Positions 62,468 to 64,000 of a stretch of DNA of 64,000 nucleotides are shown piece by piece; within the stretch, counting starts at the first letter, position 1; each line of letters begins with the position of its first letter. Source of the DNA: Saccostrea echinata. Lineage: Eukaryota. The notes under the pieces are model-generated. The model saw only the letters and a list, made by a program, of their open reading frames with translations. It made no database searches and was not told the origin of the DNA. Both the position numbers and the translations under genes were made by a program. The DNA lies in the NCBI RefSeq assembly GCF_033153115.1, contig NW_026889807.1, forward strand, positions 1,426,001 through 1,490,000, read 5' to 3'.

Positions 62468-63110
62468 CGCAGTTATGTTAAGGCTGCCCAAAGCAACAAA
62501 TTACAGTCCAAGCATATCAGTACATCTCCAATCGGTTTTGAATTAAATATGTGGGCTGTAAACATAAACACAGGCAATTTGCACAAAGGGATCTATCAAT
62601 TACATACTGCCATAATTATTTGTTGTGATATCACTTGGCTTTATTAATCACGTGACGATCAATTAGTTGTGTTTTTTTTTTTTTTTTTTTTTTTAGTGTT
62701 GCACATAAATTGCTTCGACGAGTGCTTAACACGATTTTTATTTAAATTTGATGATAAAGATAAAGCTTTTGTATCAAAAGGTATTTAAAAAATTGTTGGG
62801 ATAAGCTTTAGAATTATTTCATGAGAATTTCCCATACATTAGGAGGTATTTTCAATCATCATAATTTACATCAAAACGAAGGCATGAATCTTCTATCCCA
62901 AACAAGATTCTCTAATATAATATTCTTCTCCTCAGAATATTGAAAATTAATCTTTAATAATCATTTGCACCATCCATTTATATACATACATAAATACTCA
63001 ATCTAACCCGAACCATTTCAATGTCAGGATATTGCAATTTCATATTGTATACACTATCCAAAGCAATGAAACAGAGTAACCTTTTAATAGCCATTCACTG
63101 TAAGCATTTA
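62468..63110. mobile_element. CGCAG-terminal element, inverted relative to 58515-59412, truncated
   Basis: TA|cgcagttatgttaaggctgccc; interior is the reverse complement of about 58780-59255. Confidence 0.7.
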
Positions 63111-63120
63111 AACTCTTATA

Positions 63121-64000
63121 TAGGGAGTGTGGCAAGCTATGTCTTAGATTTTTATGAAACTTGGCACACATTCCTATATTGATGTATGAAACTAAAATTC
63201 ATAAAATGGTTGCTATGGTCAATGGTTACCATGGCAACAAACATGCATTTTTCATGGCCTAAAAAATGCTAGATTTTGATGAAAAATGACCATTTTTGAC
63301 AAATTAAAAGTCTTAAATACAACAAGATATTTACATGACTTCATCTTTTTGCCAAAATACATCATTTTTGCAGTTCTTTAGATAATTTCTAGTATTTGAG
63401 TAACTTTACCTAATAGAAAAAAGATCATCCGTTTTTAGGCAAGATTTTTCTGGAAAAAAATTGTAGATTTTAGGCTCTTTTGAAAAGCCTGGTATAAAAT
63501 TTTGCGGACATTTGGGAAAAAATAAATACATTGGTTTGAAAGTCCATATACAGTTCTAATGTAAACTGCAGAGAAACACTTGGTATTCATATTTTGTTTT
63601 CATGTTACCATGGTTACAAACTTAAGCTTTTTTAAAGAATTCCAGACAAGGGCAATAGGTATCTACAATCAGTTTCCATATAAATACCTGAGTATTTTAA
63701 AATGGATTAAAACCAAATTTAGGTATGTGATACACAGTAGCAGAAACAAAGAGAAAAGTCAATTTTCATGCCAAAAGGTCAAAGGTCAAGGTCAAAATAG
63801 CTCGATTTAGATGGAAATTTAAGGAAACTAAGCACTTTTTTTCCGTGTCCTAACTAACACTTTTGTTTTAAACAGCATGAATAAACAAAATTACAGTTCT
63901 GGTGGACAATAACTTCATATGGCATCACATGAATTGGTAAATACGGACAGAAGGTCAAAGTTCAAGGTCACAATGGTATGTAAAAATTGCCTTTTGTCCC
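63121..64000. mobile_element. Unclassified interspersed repeat running off the window
   Basis: gaaacttggcacac, ggttaccatggcaac and aaggtcaaaggtcaaggtca motifs typical of invertebrate non-autonomous DNA elements. Confidence 0.4.

Overview
AT-rich, intron-rich animal genomic DNA. It is most likely a bivalve (oyster), inferred from the repeat families and gene type. There are two N-gaps. The main feature is one complete + strand gene built by hand from GT-AG junctions: 26 coding exons, 20721-61417, 3279 nt, 1092 aa, no frameshifts. It encodes a receptor-type protein tyrosine phosphatase: signal peptide, F-type-lectin-like domain, five MEGF10/SCARF-type EGF modules, a TM helix, an active-looking PTP D1 and a catalytically dead D2. 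Upstream lie a broken EGF-exon paralog (235-820) and an orphan spliced gene (about 6990-8845). Introns and intergenic DNA are filled with mobile elements: two decayed Crypton/DUF3504 tyrosine-recombinase (YR) genes, a Penelope-like (Naiad-type) RT with several 3' tails, Helentron-associated elements, tRNA-derived SINEs and many MITEs. Two non-coding signals stand out. One is a recurring short inverted-repeat cassette (AAAAGTGCT...AGCACTTTT, about 90-130 bp spacer) found both in the YR element and in a CGCAG-terminal non-autonomous family. The other is three unrelated long palindromes that all close on a C-GNA-G triloop. All alignments were done by eye; no searches were run.
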